From Bilabrum cf. latius (taxonomy: Eukaryota): a DNA stretch of 64,000 bases. Shown piece after piece: positions 10,202 to 23,600 of this stretch; position 1 is the stretch's first letter; the number at the start of each line of letters is the position of its first letter. Below the pieces are notes generated by a model. It worked only from the letters and a program-made list of their open reading frames with translations, had not been told where the DNA came from and made no database searches. The stretch is taken from NCBI GenBank assembly GCA_965178125.1, contig OZ237739.1:930001-994000 (forward strand). Direction: 5' to 3'. The position numbers and the translations under genes were made by a program.

Positions 10202-13200
10202 ATGGTAAAACCAGCTTCATTGGTTTTTATTTTTTTAGCAGTTGTACCAAACTTGGTGCCTGGCAGGCCATCACGAAGGGATCGTGGCAGCAGGCTAGCC
10301 CAGCCCTCTATGAATAGGCTGGAAACGGATCGACATGATCCTCTGTCGCTTCGGGATGGTGGTATGAAAATGCCACCAATGCATCCAACCGAGTGGCACA
10401 GCATCGCAGATGTTGCGCTGGAGTTACACGAACGTTTGCAAAGCGAACCGACAGCTGGCAAGCCCCGCAAATATGTCGGGGATAGCACGTGCGGTATTCT
10501 CGTTATTGCGGCGAACAGTTCCACCTGCCGAATGGGAATTGATGATAGCTGTGCCCGCCAAGTCTTGGCTGGTCGAAGGATCAACTGGCTGCAAGACAAA
10601 CAGGACGCGGAAGGCATCAGGGTTCGATTCATAGATACGACTGCTACAGGAGCTGGATGGCCGCACTCAATCACTGTAGCAGATGAGCTTGAACGAATTG
10701 ATGTTGCAGGTCACAGTGGGGACGAGTTCAGCGTGTTCATTGGCCGAGGTACATTCGATGGCGGAGCTGGCACAGGCCAGGCGAGCACCATGCTGCTCCG
10801 TCCGCTGCGGCATCCGTCCCAAATCCTAGACAAGGACCAGCAAACTGCGTCAGCTCAAAAGTCTGGTTAGAGTGGTGCTGGAATGTAGGACGGCGGTGTC
10901 CATGTGGAGCCCTCTGTGCGCAAAGTTGGCGATTCGATCCCACGAAGGATGCTATCTCAAGACGCTGTTCGGTTCCTGGTCGAGGACGTGGCAATCGAGC
11001 CTGTGGACAACCTGGCCTGGCGCACCGAAACGGATCTCTTGCTGTCCATCCTGAACCTGTGCCCCGAGTCTGGAGCCAAGCATGTCGCGATCGATCCTGC
11101 CACGATGGACCTGTTCAAGGACGCCGACGGCCTCACCCGTCTGGCAGCGGAGCTCGACCCAGGGGCGCAAGCAGGGCTGGTGCCGCCAGCGAGCGCTGAC
11201 GGTGTCTTGCCTGACGATAGTCCCTGGATCGATTTTGTGATTCCTCACAAGAAGGGCAAATACCCTGCCCTACGGAGGCAACGCTTCGGGAACGGCCTGC
11301 CAATCGCGATGCAGATGGTCGACCTGGGCAAGCTGCCCGAAGTGATTGCTTGCAAGGCTGCCGGCCTACTGAACGACAAGAACCGAGACCCGCTCCGTCG
11401 CACCGCGCTGCATCATCTGGCCTATAAGCTTGACCTGGGCCTGGGCGACGTACAGCTGATGTCCTCCATGATCAAAGATTTGTCGAAAGAGGGCAAGCAG
11501 CGGAGACTCAGAGCAGTGCGCTTGGAGGTGCAGGCCGAGGTGGGAATCGAAGGGGGTGCGGATGAAGACCACGAAGCGCAGCATTCCTCGGATGAGGCGC
11601 TGATGAGGGCCTGGGCAGACAAGGTGGCCAGCTTCGGTGTTCCCCAGGAAGAGGCCATGGCACCTGTGGCTGGAGCATCTGCAGGAGTCCCCGTTCTTCG
11701 AGTGCAGCTGGAATCGCTGAGCCCGAACGCCAAGGATGTCTTTGGGTCAACACCTCTGCACGCTGCGCTGAACACCTGGTCACAGGTATTTGCAGCTGAC
11801 CCGCAGACGGGGCTTCCGGCCATCAGCAAAGCAGCAGGCGATAGGGACGACTCCTACAGATGGCTACACACCCATATCATTGCCTCTGTGGCGCTGCTCG
11901 GCAAAGGTGCCAAGCCCAACGCGCAGGACAAACAGGGAAACACGCCCCTGCACGTTGCTGCCGCCACCCACAACATCGTTGGAGTGCACATGCTGCTGGC
12001 AGCCGGAGCCAATGCAACCCTCGCGAATTACAACGACCTGACCCCCCTACACTACGCCGCGCACTCGAGGCGCTTTTTGATAAACGAGGCCAGGCAAGCG
12101 ATTTCCTACGAGCGAACCGCTGCATACTCGGCCTAGATGCCTTCGGTGTACCACGCCAGTCGTTTGACGGGACAGGACAACAGTGATGTTGTCTCAATCG
12201 GGAGTTTTGCGCAGCGCCAGAACGACGCGGGAGTTGGGCTGCGGATCGCTCGAGCGCTGCTGGAAGCCTGCCGAGCGCCATTTGAGCAGTCATCCTAGCA
12301 TTCATCCGATGATGCAGACGAATAGGGCATTGATGAGCTCGGGTCTGACGCCGGCAGCCCTGGCATTGCCATTGGCTTGCCGGCGCCCATGTTCCACCAC
12401 GTTGACCTCGCTGACTTTGAGCCGGCCCGCACGGACGGGTGGGCCTATGCCGAGCCTTGCAAACTCGAGTCTGGCCCGCCAGCTGGCGAGACTCCGCTTA
12501 TTTCTGCGGCACAGTCTCACAACTGGCAGCTCGTGCAGCTGCTCCTTATGGCTGGTGCGCACCCCTCCAGACTCGGTGGACTCGGTGGGATTTCCGCGCT
12601 GCACGCATCGGTAGGTGCTGGATGCATGAATTGCACGCTTGTCATTCTGGCTGACCCTCGGGTGGACGTGTGCCTGAAGAGTGCGTCCGGCCAGACTGCA
12701 CTGGAGATCTCCTTCCTGCAGGGTGGCTCGCTATTCGGCGCATCGGCTCATGCCAAGCTGCTCAAGGAATCGGCCAGGGCAGGATGCCCTAGCAGGGGTA
12801 TCGCTGCAGAGGCAGGAAAGGGCCTGGCTATCCAAAGGGACGCCGAGCAGCTGGATTTCGAGTTTCCGTTTCAGATGGCCAAGGAGGTATTGCGGCAATC
12901 CGGTAGCCGGAACAGCGAGAGTAGAGTTGCAGCAAGTGGCGAGATCGATTTGCCAACTGCTGCTGCGTCCAGTCCCACTGGACCAGGAAGTATCGAAACG
13001 ACCACCCCCTTCGCAGGTGTGTACCTAGAGCCCGTTTCGCCCCATTCACGGGCAGAGGCGGCCGATCACGCGAAAGAGCGCACGCCACTGTCTGAGTGGA
13101 GCGAGCCTGCCCTGCGTGCCGCAGCCCAGGGGGCTCTTGGACAGGACTGGGTGGGGCCAGCGGGCTCCGAGGAGTGGAGGAGAATCGTGCCTGTGAAGTT

Positions 13201-14419
13201 TTCGAAGGCCGGGAAAGCCTTCCTGGATGCCTCCGAGGCGCTGCATGGCAAGTGCCAGATCCCCGTCGTGGAAGCCGAGGACATGACTCCCGGCCGCTTC
13301 TGGAGGGAGTTCGTGGCAGTCGGCAGGCCGGTACTTGTGCGTGGAGCGCTCAACATGAGCCTGCCTTTCTGGCAGCGACTGCGCGAACCGATAGTTTCCA
13401 GTCATTTCGGCAACCGCGCCGTGGAGGTTGGTGGCGTGCCCTACTCGGGTCAGTTCAACCGACCCAATCTCCGCATGCAGATGCGGGACTACTTGGAGTA
13501 TCTGAAGGCTGGGAGCCCAAATGATTATGAGAAACTCGCAGAGTCGATGAAGGCGAACGCCTTGGATGTTCGCAAGAGAGGCAAGAAGTGGACCAAGAAG
13601 CGCAAGGGGGTGGGTGGCTCGGGACCAGGGGGCGCTGCAGGTGGGAGGCCGGGCAGCCGTGACCTGCTCAGCATGAATGACCTGAACCCCTCCGCCCAGG
13701 CATCCCAAAGCACCGGCTCCAAGAGGCAAGGAAAACCGGTGCAGCTCAAGCCCTGGAACGATCTGCTCTCCGCTACCGCACAGGAAGACCATGACCTGCA
13801 CCCGCTGTACCTGGCGTCAGGGGCAGGGCCCCCGGCATGGCACACCAGAGGCGTGAGGCTGCCGGACGTAATGAGGCCCAAGCAAATGCACGTACATGAG
13901 GAGGGTGCGCAAACCAGCTGTATCGGAGCAGATGCCAGCAGCGAGTGCGGCCCGGAGCAGGTACCCGGCGAGGGAGCCGACCAGGACGCGCTGTGGCTGC
14001 GAGCACATTAGCTGTTCCTGGGGAAGCCGATGTCCGGCGCTCCGCTCCACTTGCACATGGGCGCCGTAAACATGATGCCTTTTGGTGAGAAGAGGTGGTT
14101 CTTGCTGCCGCCTCGAGACGGTGTGTACACGAGGGAGCAAGTCGGCCGCTGGCTGCTCGGCAGGGGCGAGCAGTTGCTCGGCGCTCCTCTCATGTGCACG
14201 CAACAGAGCGGTGATGCCGTGTTCGTTCCGGATCTGTGGTCGCATGGGCTCGTTAATACATAGACGTCCATCGCGGTAGCAGTCGAGATGAGCAGAGGTG
14301 TCGGCGAACAGCAAAGCTTCGAGGAAATGGTCGAATTTGCGGCGTCCCTGGTGGGGAGCTCCAGCTCTGGCATCCGAGGCGCAACCGAGATGGCAAGCGT
14401 GCGACCCATGGTTTTCTGA
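10202..14419 (+). CDS. Signal peptide + ankyrin repeats + JmjC/cupin (JMJD8-like HxH) protein (~1,405 aa)
   Basis: Ankyrin repeats (FGSTPLHAAL, QGNTPLHVAA, GETPLISAA); JmjC 'FWREFVAVGRPVLVRG...[TAG]LFLGKPMSGAPLHLH...GEKRWFLLPP...QQSGDAVFVPDLWSHG'. Seven in-frame TAG; ends in TGA at 14417. Confidence 0.85.
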
Positions 14420-14687
14420 TCAATTTATTCATCGCTCCTTTCGATCCCTTCACATTTTGTCCAAGCGACCGTCTCTTGCGACCAAGTTTGCCGACTCGGA
14501 GTGTGTGACGATCCCACAATTTCCGCGCTGGCAGCTTCACCCCTGAGTCCATACTGCGGAATTTTTCATGACCATGGACCCTGGTGGGCAATAGTACAGT
14601 ACGATTGCCCTCCTCAAGCGTATTTTGGTTGGCAGCACTGGGGATGTTGGTTAGAATGAGAGCACGCAAGACCAAGTTTACGTCGAA

Positions 14688-17600
14688 ATGAGACGCTGGT
14701 CACTCACAGAAGATCAATACGCGGGTCTGGCGTGGCTGTAGCGAGTTTATTCTCGTGTAGTGCGTGAGAAAGCAATCTGTAGCGAGCTTCGCACGTGACA
14801 GGCGCGGTGCAGTACAGAAGTGCCACCGAGACAACGCAAATCCGTTCCACCTGCTCCCGCTCAGCTCCTCGCAGCATCAGAACGCGGTGCAAGGAGAGAC
14901 ACGAATGCATGCGCATCTTGTGGATTGCTTCCGCCATTAATTCTAGGGTAGCGTTCGTTTGGAGGCAGCGTCGTCGCCATAGCGATTGCAAGCTTCCTTA
15001 TAGTCGTGTCTCTGTCATGGCCGTTGTACTCGCTCGAGCACGCCTTAGGAGTCCTGTCGGCCACCAATTTTGATACTTGGTGGATTAACCAGGCCAAGCA
15101 GAGCGTGCTATCAAGCCCTTCCAATTGGCGTCTTACCACTGCTTGGCTTGTAGACAGCCGAAGTCGAGCTTACATCTCCCTCTTCGTCTTCAGCGCGATT
15201 GTATTCGTGTGTATGGTGTATGTTCACATGACAGCGCGCGTTACTAGGTCCCTGTTGCGCGCCAGAATTGGAAATGATGCGAACAGTCGAGATCCATCCG
15301 CGCTGCGGATGTTTGCGTGAGACCATTAGTTTGCAGAGTTTCTTCTCAAGTTTTAGCAAAGCCAACCATTTTATTTTCTACAATTGTTAGAAGATTTGCG
15401 CAGAATGGATACGAGGGATGATTTTCTTTCGGTCCAAAGTCAGAACGAAAGACCGGCAGCGGTGCCACGACCCCCGGTTCGTGCGCTAGAAGAAGCCATC
15501 GCTCGCTCGAGCGGAAGCAGGAGAGCGTGCAGCGGGGGGTGTGCGTGCTGTGATGTGGCCGCCACTTGCCATGAGAGCTCGTGCCGGAGGGCCATGTGCC
15601 TTCTACTGCACCGCCCCTGCCGCTGCTTCGACTTCACAGTCTCAGCGCCCACGTGGTTCATCTACCTGTACATTATCGTCATCCTTACCGCGGCAACCGT
15701 CGGAGATACTTCTATTGGCGTTCCTGGCGAAATGCGCTGGTGGATCGTGTACCATCTGCCCGGCATGACGATGATCGCCACGCTGGACCCCATTCAGTAC
15801 TTCATTATGCACCAGGTTGTCGTCGCCCTGTACGCATCCTGGTGCTTCTTGTTCGCCCACAGCATTGGCATGACGGATATCTGGACCCCGGATGCTGGCA
15901 ACATGGTGGCTGTCCTCGTGACCCTCGAAGTGCTACCGCTGTTCATGTACCTGCCAGCAGCCATGGTGGCCATCGCGCTGCAGCGGGATCAGGACATGAT
16001 CTAGCATGACGTTGCGTCTTGGGTGCTGCAGGCGCGGGAGATAGAAAAGTACATGAAGCTACTCACCATGGCAGCCAAAAGCCAGATCCAGCCATACGCT
16101 CTGAAGCTCCTGCAGGCCGGCGTCACTGCCTCCGAGGTCGACTGCATCGTGCTCGTCTTTGCTATTCAGGTGAACCCGACTGAGTCTAGGAGGCGAAATG
16201 TGGCACTCAAGCGCATGTCATCTACGAATGAATCGGGTGGCAAGCACGCACACGTTCGGAGCGGGGGTGCTAGCGGGCCTTTGACCTCCGGGGCTCTGAA
16301 GGTTGCCCGCATCTCTGCTTCCTCGCGAGGCCACTCGGCCAGTAAGATTAACACGGGCAACGCTGGGGCCGAAGTCTCTCAAACAGATACCAGCGACAGG
16401 TCGTACGATATAGCCCTGAAAGTTCCTGGCGGAGTAGAGGCTGCTGCTATGGTTCAGCCCGATAGGCATGAAGCTGGTATGCACGGAAAGGCGTAGATTC
16501 CTGGCGACCGGCGCACGCTCGAGGCCCACATGGAACTAGGCGATGTTGGCGACATGCAATATAGGGACTATGATGAGAACGATCACGAGATAGACGACGA
16601 TGGTCAGGCAGAGCTACAAGCAGACCCAGAAGAGGACTCTGAGGACCACGCCAGAGCCGCAGTCAAGCAGGAGGTGCTCTTGCGAATCCGAGCACAGCTG
16701 AACGCATACAGCGACCGCATCACCTGCCTCACGGTGGTAGACAATGAAGTTGTGTGCGCTGTGCATGCGGCGAGTATGCCTGTAGCTGCTGGTGTAAAGA
16801 CAGACAAAGAGCCTGTGATGGCAAGGCTCGTCCGGCAAAACAGCTCCCGGTCCACACACCTTGGAGCCGACTCGACTACCAGCAATCGAACGAGCCGCTC
16901 CAAGCACACCGCGACTGCCTCGCGAGGAAATCATGGGGCGGATCAACCCGGAATTGCGGGAGACCCTGCGCCAGCTCGCCGCGTTGCAGATGCATTGGAG
17001 GCAGCTCTCAGCATTGTGGCGAGGACCACCCGCACCTAGGACATTGGGGCGCAAGGCTTCCACGTTAAGGTTGGGGCAGGCATCTCCAGCGGACCTCCAA
17101 CCGTGGTTGGATTCTTCGGAAGCGAGACAAGCGCCCATCAGTGGACGGCCTTCGGTGACGCCACCCAGGAAGCGAGCTCACTTGCCAAGCAATCGCCGCA
17201 CGCAGTGAGAATGAGCAGCCGGGCAGCGACCCTGCTGACGTCTTGCACCTCCTGGGGGTTCGTACCCAACAAGAAAATGAAGAGAGCAGGCGAGCAGGAG
17301 GGCTCCACCACGGAGCAGGAGAGGTAGGTTCAGCAGCACCGCGCCCAGCAGGCCCTTCGGCAGAGAGCCAAGGCGATGCTGGATCAGTTCAAGAAACACT
17401 CCATGCCAACAGAGGCAATCGCCTACGGATAGACTGTGCTGTCGAAGTACTAGTTGCTGGTGTGGTCCCCTGCTGGCACGTCGCCGACAGGCAGCAGCAG
17501 GGCGTAGCAAAGCCTTCTCAACCCGTTCAGCCAGAACGTGGGCACTGGTCGCGCTTCCGACTCGACAAGCTGGAAAATGACTGGGCACGAGAACGATGTC

Positions 17601-20600
17601 CCGCTCATGCAAGCTACGTCCATTGTGAGAGCAGAGGAGGTGCTTAGCGGGCTGCGTGACATGAAGCGTGTGGTAGTAGACAACTATGGCTTTATTCACC
17701 AGACGCTGCCGAAGGACCCTAGCATCGTCAAGGAGGTGACCAGCCTGGGCCGGGGTGCCTCTCGCGCGCCTGCCGTGTCGAGTGCGGGGGTGCTGGAGCT
17801 GAGGGCCGAAAACCCGGCCACTGTTGCTGCCGCGCATGCGTCTCGCCAGCTGCTAGCGCTTGGGCAATCGATTCCATCCAACCTCCTCCATAGCCTCAAA
17901 GTTCCAAACCTTAAATGGGGTTTGGAGCGCGCTCTTGTAATGACCGTTGGGTAGCAGGACACTCGAGGTACCAAGAGCAGCCGGTAGCAGCGGCAGTCCT
18001 AGCTGCAATCAAGCAGCAACGGTCGCAATGAAGAAACAGGGCACGGGGCCGATATTCGTCAGTATCAGCGAGTGAGGTCGCGATCGGGCGGTAGAGGAAC
18101 TGCGAGATGGGTGGACCGAACGTAGGCTACTCCAATTCGAGTAACGGGCGTCGTACCAAGGATTATGAACAATGGTAGTATAGCGAGAGTTGTGCCTGCA
18201 GATCGCATCACCAACCATAGCAGCAGCTATGGCAATGCTTCATCGGCTGGTCAGTCCGACAGCAGTGGGCCCTTCCAGATGATGCTAACGCGTCGAATTT
18301 AGAACATGTCCAAGGTCGGTAGCGTGGCGGAGTCGTTGCATGAGTCCATAGCGATCAGACCGGAGACTATCGCAGCTGAAACTCCTTCCGTATTCAGCGC
18401 TGCCCACATGGACATCCAGCCCACATCACTTCACGTGATGCTGCAGTAGCCTGGTCTGGTATCGTTAGCATCCTTGTTTCTACTCCTCTCCTACTTGGGT
18501 AGGATTGCCCGAATGGAGGCGGTGCATATGAGTAGCATTATGGATGCAGATAGCTCGTTCTATGAGCTGCCGTCGTGGCGGCTAGGCCTTCCGGCTATTG
18601 TCGTGTCACTGGGAATGGTAGTTTCATCTCTTGGCTTGATGTCCCTGCTCAAAGGCTGCACGTCGACAATCGGGTGCGTGCGACTAGTCGACAGTGAGAT
18701 ACCGACCTCTTCAACCCTCACCTGGGCCTACCTGTCCGCGTACGTTGGACTGTTTGCAGTGCATACTGCATGCATGTCCGCAATTCTGGCGAATGAGACG
18801 GATGGATGCGTCCATTACCGATCACTGGACGGATTCATTGAAGGCTTCACTCTCTCTACGCTGTTTGTGGTGGGCTGCTTTCACGCGTATGAGATCCACG
18901 GTTGGATGAGGATCAGCTCGTCAATCCGAGCCTTGGAGCTGGGCTGCATTGTCTTGCTCGGGGTAGCTCAATGCTGGTGGTATGGATCAAGCGGGGGTGC
19001 CGTCGGTCTCATTAGTCCGGACAATGCAACTTCCTGCGTTGCTCGACTCGATCCAAGGTAGTCGACCACTGGAAGTACCGAACTTGTTTGGCTTGCAGTA
19101 CGGATTTTCTTCATGGGTCTCATGATATTTAGCGTGCGAGACGAACGGCTCAACCTCGTTTGGACCATGCGAGAGAACATTCTGACCTACCTGGAACTGG
19201 CATCGGTGAAACTGGTTGACCGCGCCAAGAGCATGGACAAAGTGCTGCGTCGAATGCTTCCCACCAAGCTCAGAGATGCGATCCTGGAGGCTGGCACAAG
19301 AGTGGTGCCATCTTCGTCTGCCACCGACACTAGCTCCTCAAATGTGTCAGCGCAGAGCGCAGACCGCTTGGAGCATGGTCAACCACGCGGCAGCAGCAAC
19401 GGAGGCCCGCGTGCACTGGGACGACCAACACCCGCAGCTAGGCCTGGCGCTGGCAAGCCCGAGTCACTTCAAATTGCTCGAGACCCCGCAGATACTGCCA
19501 GTATGGTCAGCTTTGCGCCGGGACTGGGCAAGGCTAGCTCCAGCAACACCACGAGCGCAGCACCAAGCGGGACTATCGTGCAAGCGCAGTCTGCTATTCG
19601 ATCGGTAGACGACGTTTGCATCCTTGTTGTTCGATTCAAGACTCCTGCGATTCTCAGCTCGCTGGTCGATTCTGTCGAGTTGGTGCGAGTGATGCGACTG
19701 CTTGGAGAGACGGTGGAGACGTGCTGCACTCGGAGGGGAGGTAGGAGGGTATCTTTCCATTCGTTCAAGATGATCTTTGCCTTCGGGCTGCGGCCGCAAG
19801 ACGATGACGATTTCCTTGAATCCTTCGTAAAGCGAGCCTTGCTTGCGGCTAGTGACAGTTTACGCAGTCTGCAGCAGCTGGCAGAGGCTTCCGGTCTGGT
19901 CCTTGCCGCATCTGTTGCAATCCACTCCGGGGAGGTGTAGCTGGGCCTGATGGACGTGCCCGGTTCGTCGTGGGAGGTACATGGCGAGGTGGTGGAAAAC
20001 TGCGAAGAGCTCGCCACGAAGGCCGTGCTACGTCTAGGTGGAGCGATCGGATCAGTTCTCTCCATTTCAGAGGCAGCCATCAAGGCACTGGCTGGCGCGC
20101 AGCAGAGAATCGTGATGCAGGCGCTCTCGCATGCCATCCGACCTTCCTCTCTGCATACTGCAGGAACCAACGACGCTCCATCCTCATCACATAAACGAGG
20201 TGCACCTGCGAGAAGCCACCTCTTCGAGATTGATGAGACAAGCACGGTGGACACTACCAAGCGCGGGACTGCAAGACCGGCTGCCTCGTCCACGTTTTCT
20301 CGGGGCAGCCAATCAATTCGAAGGCCAAGGAAGGGCCGCAAGCCGAAAAAGGCCCCGGCCATGCCGTAGCAAGCAACAAGCGCTGCGCGTGATCACATGG
20401 ACGAAAGGAGTGAAGTTTCGCTTACTTCTCCATTGGGTTCCTCAGCTCTTCGACAATCCGCAAAACAAGGTCGTGGAGGCAGGCATCACGCCCGGGTTCC
20501 GCTTCGACATAACGTTCAGAACATGTGGGGTGGGCAAGAGAAGCCACGAGCAGGGAACGGAAATAGGGAAGATTCTGTAGCAACCGACAGCTCGATGGCG

Positions 20601-23600
20601 ACTGGAGGGCGTCGCAGGAAGAGGAAACTAGGAAAGGGCGAAAAATCAGCGACAACACCGCAGGGAACCGTGGCTGGCAGGGTCCTGAGGTAGTTTGACT
20701 CGGGAGCTACCAGAGGGTCCGTTATGATGAAGACGCCCGTTCTTGGTCGCAAAAAGACGGGCTCGTCTGTAAATCGCCGCCACAGAGCCTCCATTCACGT
20801 CACCTATCTCCCCATTCGACTCGCGATCCGCGGGTACGGTCAGGTCTGGTCCGAGCAAGTGCACCTGCAGATCGAGGCGGCGTGCTGCGTGTCGCACAGA
20901 GCACCGTCTACGCTGGGGACGAAATCGAAGGAGAGGTTGCGATTGTCTGGCGTCGGGCCAAGTGAGCGGATAACAGAAGCATTGGGAGAGACTAACACGA
21001 GTGGCCACTGGACAACGTCCCAAAGCCAGCAGGACCGAAGAGGCAATGTACGAAATGTCACAACCCTACCGACCTTGGCTAGCGGCTCCAAAGAAGTTCC
21101 GAAGCGGGTATCATCTCGCTGGCCTTTCTTGATGCTAGCTAGACTCAAACGGCTTAGGCTCTTGGGAAGCGGTGGTTTCGGCGACGTGTACGAGGCCGTA
21201 GATGTAATGGGAGGCAAGCATTACGCCCTGAAGCAGGTGAGAACACGATTATCAGAATAAATGAGCCAGACTTTCCCCCCATAATTGACTTGCAAGCTAC
21301 CTGATATGTGCATCTATGGTAACCTTAAGTTCCCAAAGTTGTTAAAATTCTTGTTCTAGTCTCTTGTCCTTGCAGTTCAAGAAAGAAACGGTCCAGCGGG
21401 AGGAAGTCAGGAACGAGATCACTGCCCTGAGCATCATACCCAAGCACCCGGGCATCATGCGCCTGGCAGTGTGCGTTGCCTTGCCGTCCAGCATCAACAT
21501 CGTGACAGAACTCGTGGACGGCGTGTCCCTGGACAACGTGATTTCCAGCCGGCAGCGCATGTCAGAGCCTGCTGTGCAGATTGTGGTGGCAGAGCTTGTG
21601 TCGGCCATGGAACGCATCCACATGTGCGGCCTCGTTCACAGGGACATAAAACCCGAGAACGTGATGGTGACCAGCGCTGCTTCCGGCGCACACATGAAGG
21701 TGCTAGACTTTGGCCTCGCAGAGCGGGTCGATCCGCCTTAGCAGACAATTGAATCGGGTAGCGTAGCGACAGGCGGAATTGCAGCGTCCGCTGGAGGTGG
21801 TGGAAGTGCAGAGACCCAGTTCAGCGTGTCGCCTGCCATGGACGGTGCTCGAACGAGAATCACCAGCGAGTGGAGCATCCAGCACAAGTCTGAAGGCCTT
21901 TTCCGACACATGTATTCGCTCAGCCCGTGCATTTCCTTTGGGGCTGCCGCAGTTCGCCTGGCTTCCATTGGGAGTGGCTCTAGTAGCAATCCGACTAGAA
22001 AGGAGACGAGTGATGAAATCGCGAGCAGCATTGACGAAGACAGCGTGACAGGGCTAGCATCGCCAGTTCTGCACAAGCGCGTGCGCAACCACCCCATGCT
22101 CATGGCAGTTAGCCTGCTCGTGCTAGACGCGACGCTAGTCCAGGACGTGGACAAGCTTGGTATTGCACGCAGAGGTGCTTCTGCCAGGCGGGGAGCAGCT
22201 AGGTGGCGGTCTCAACAGCAGCAGGGGCTGCTCGCGGGAGGGAGCCGAAAGTCAAGCACGACCTCTGGCGAGATAACGTCAGACAGCGACCAGAGCACTG
22301 ATTCAGAAGCGATTGGCACGTCATCTTCATCTAGGTACATGGGACCCCCTTCAGCTCAGTTGCGGGCTTCTCCCGTACTTGTCGATGTGGAACGCGGTGC
22401 CGTTGACTCTGACGAGAGCAAGTGCTTGTTGGGTCCAATGGCTGATAAGGCGGGGCAGCACACTGACGTATTTGGCTGCATTGATGCTGATCTGAGGCTT
22501 GGCCCAAGCCTGGTTAGGAGCAGCGATGCGCTTCGAGATGCTTTCGTGAAGGATCAGAACGTAATTGACATGTGCGTGGCGACCGATGTCGACTCGGTTG
22601 ACTTCGCCTGCGGAGTTGCCGCCGACATCGCGCACCACTTCCGGAAATGCAAGGAACAGATCAGCCGCATGAGTTTCTATGCCGCCGACAAGTACATGTC
22701 CAAGGCCCGGAAAGTGGGTTCAATCAAGCATAGCGGGGGCCTAATACCGAGCAAAGTGGGCACGGCTGGTGCAGCTACCCTTACGAAGGCAAGTACGTCC
22801 GCAAACGTGGGATCTTTCGCGATGACACCCACGCGATAGTCTGCTGGTGTGAATGGAACCACGACGTGGCAGCGTGGCAGCCACAGCAGCGTCAAGGATG
22901 GCAAGATGAATGGTACTCTCGCTCCTGGTACCAGCCGCAGCGAGGTGCAGACGCCCAATGGGACGAACGGTGGCGATGCTAGCACGGTGGTCACCGTTGA
23001 CACCTCTAAGGATCCGGACGTGTCTGTAGCACCATTAGGAGAGGCAGGCATCTCCTCTGCTGAGACGAGTGGTCAGGCTGCACATGAAATGCTGCTTACA
23101 AAGGCTCGTATAGTGCAAAAGGAGGAGATGAGCTTCCTACTCCCGCGAGTTGCCATCTTTGCTGCCGACGGCGTGTCGGCCGACGTCGTGCGTACCATGG
23201 CTGACTCCGTGGCTGCCATCTTACCGGGTGCAATTGTGTTACCGCAGCGAAGCCTAGTATAGGATTTGTACCACAAAGTACTGTCGCACTCGTTCGGGCG
23301 CGCAGCACGCTGGCTTGCTTTCGAGGAGCAATCCAAGTTTGGCCTTCAGTCAATGCTCGACGTGCCGCAGTGGCCCGGGCACTTCTTCGGATACACCACT
23401 GCTGGATTTTCAGAGCTGGTTGCAAGACGGACTCTGGCCGGCCAGCCAAATCTAGAGGGACCTGGTGGTACACTCGCTGCATCTCAGGCCAGCCACGGCG
23501 CAGAAGGCTCGTTGCTGGAAGGCATTCCTGAAATAACAGCATCCTTGGCTGGAGGTGCATCGGCCAGCGGACAGATCGCGCACGCCGCCATTGCTCGCCC

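Noticed and set aside
21237-21375. Apparent frameshift and TAA inside the kinase N-lobe
   Set aside because: Explained by an AT-richer phase-0 GTGAGA...TTGCAG intron that joins YALKQ to FKKE.
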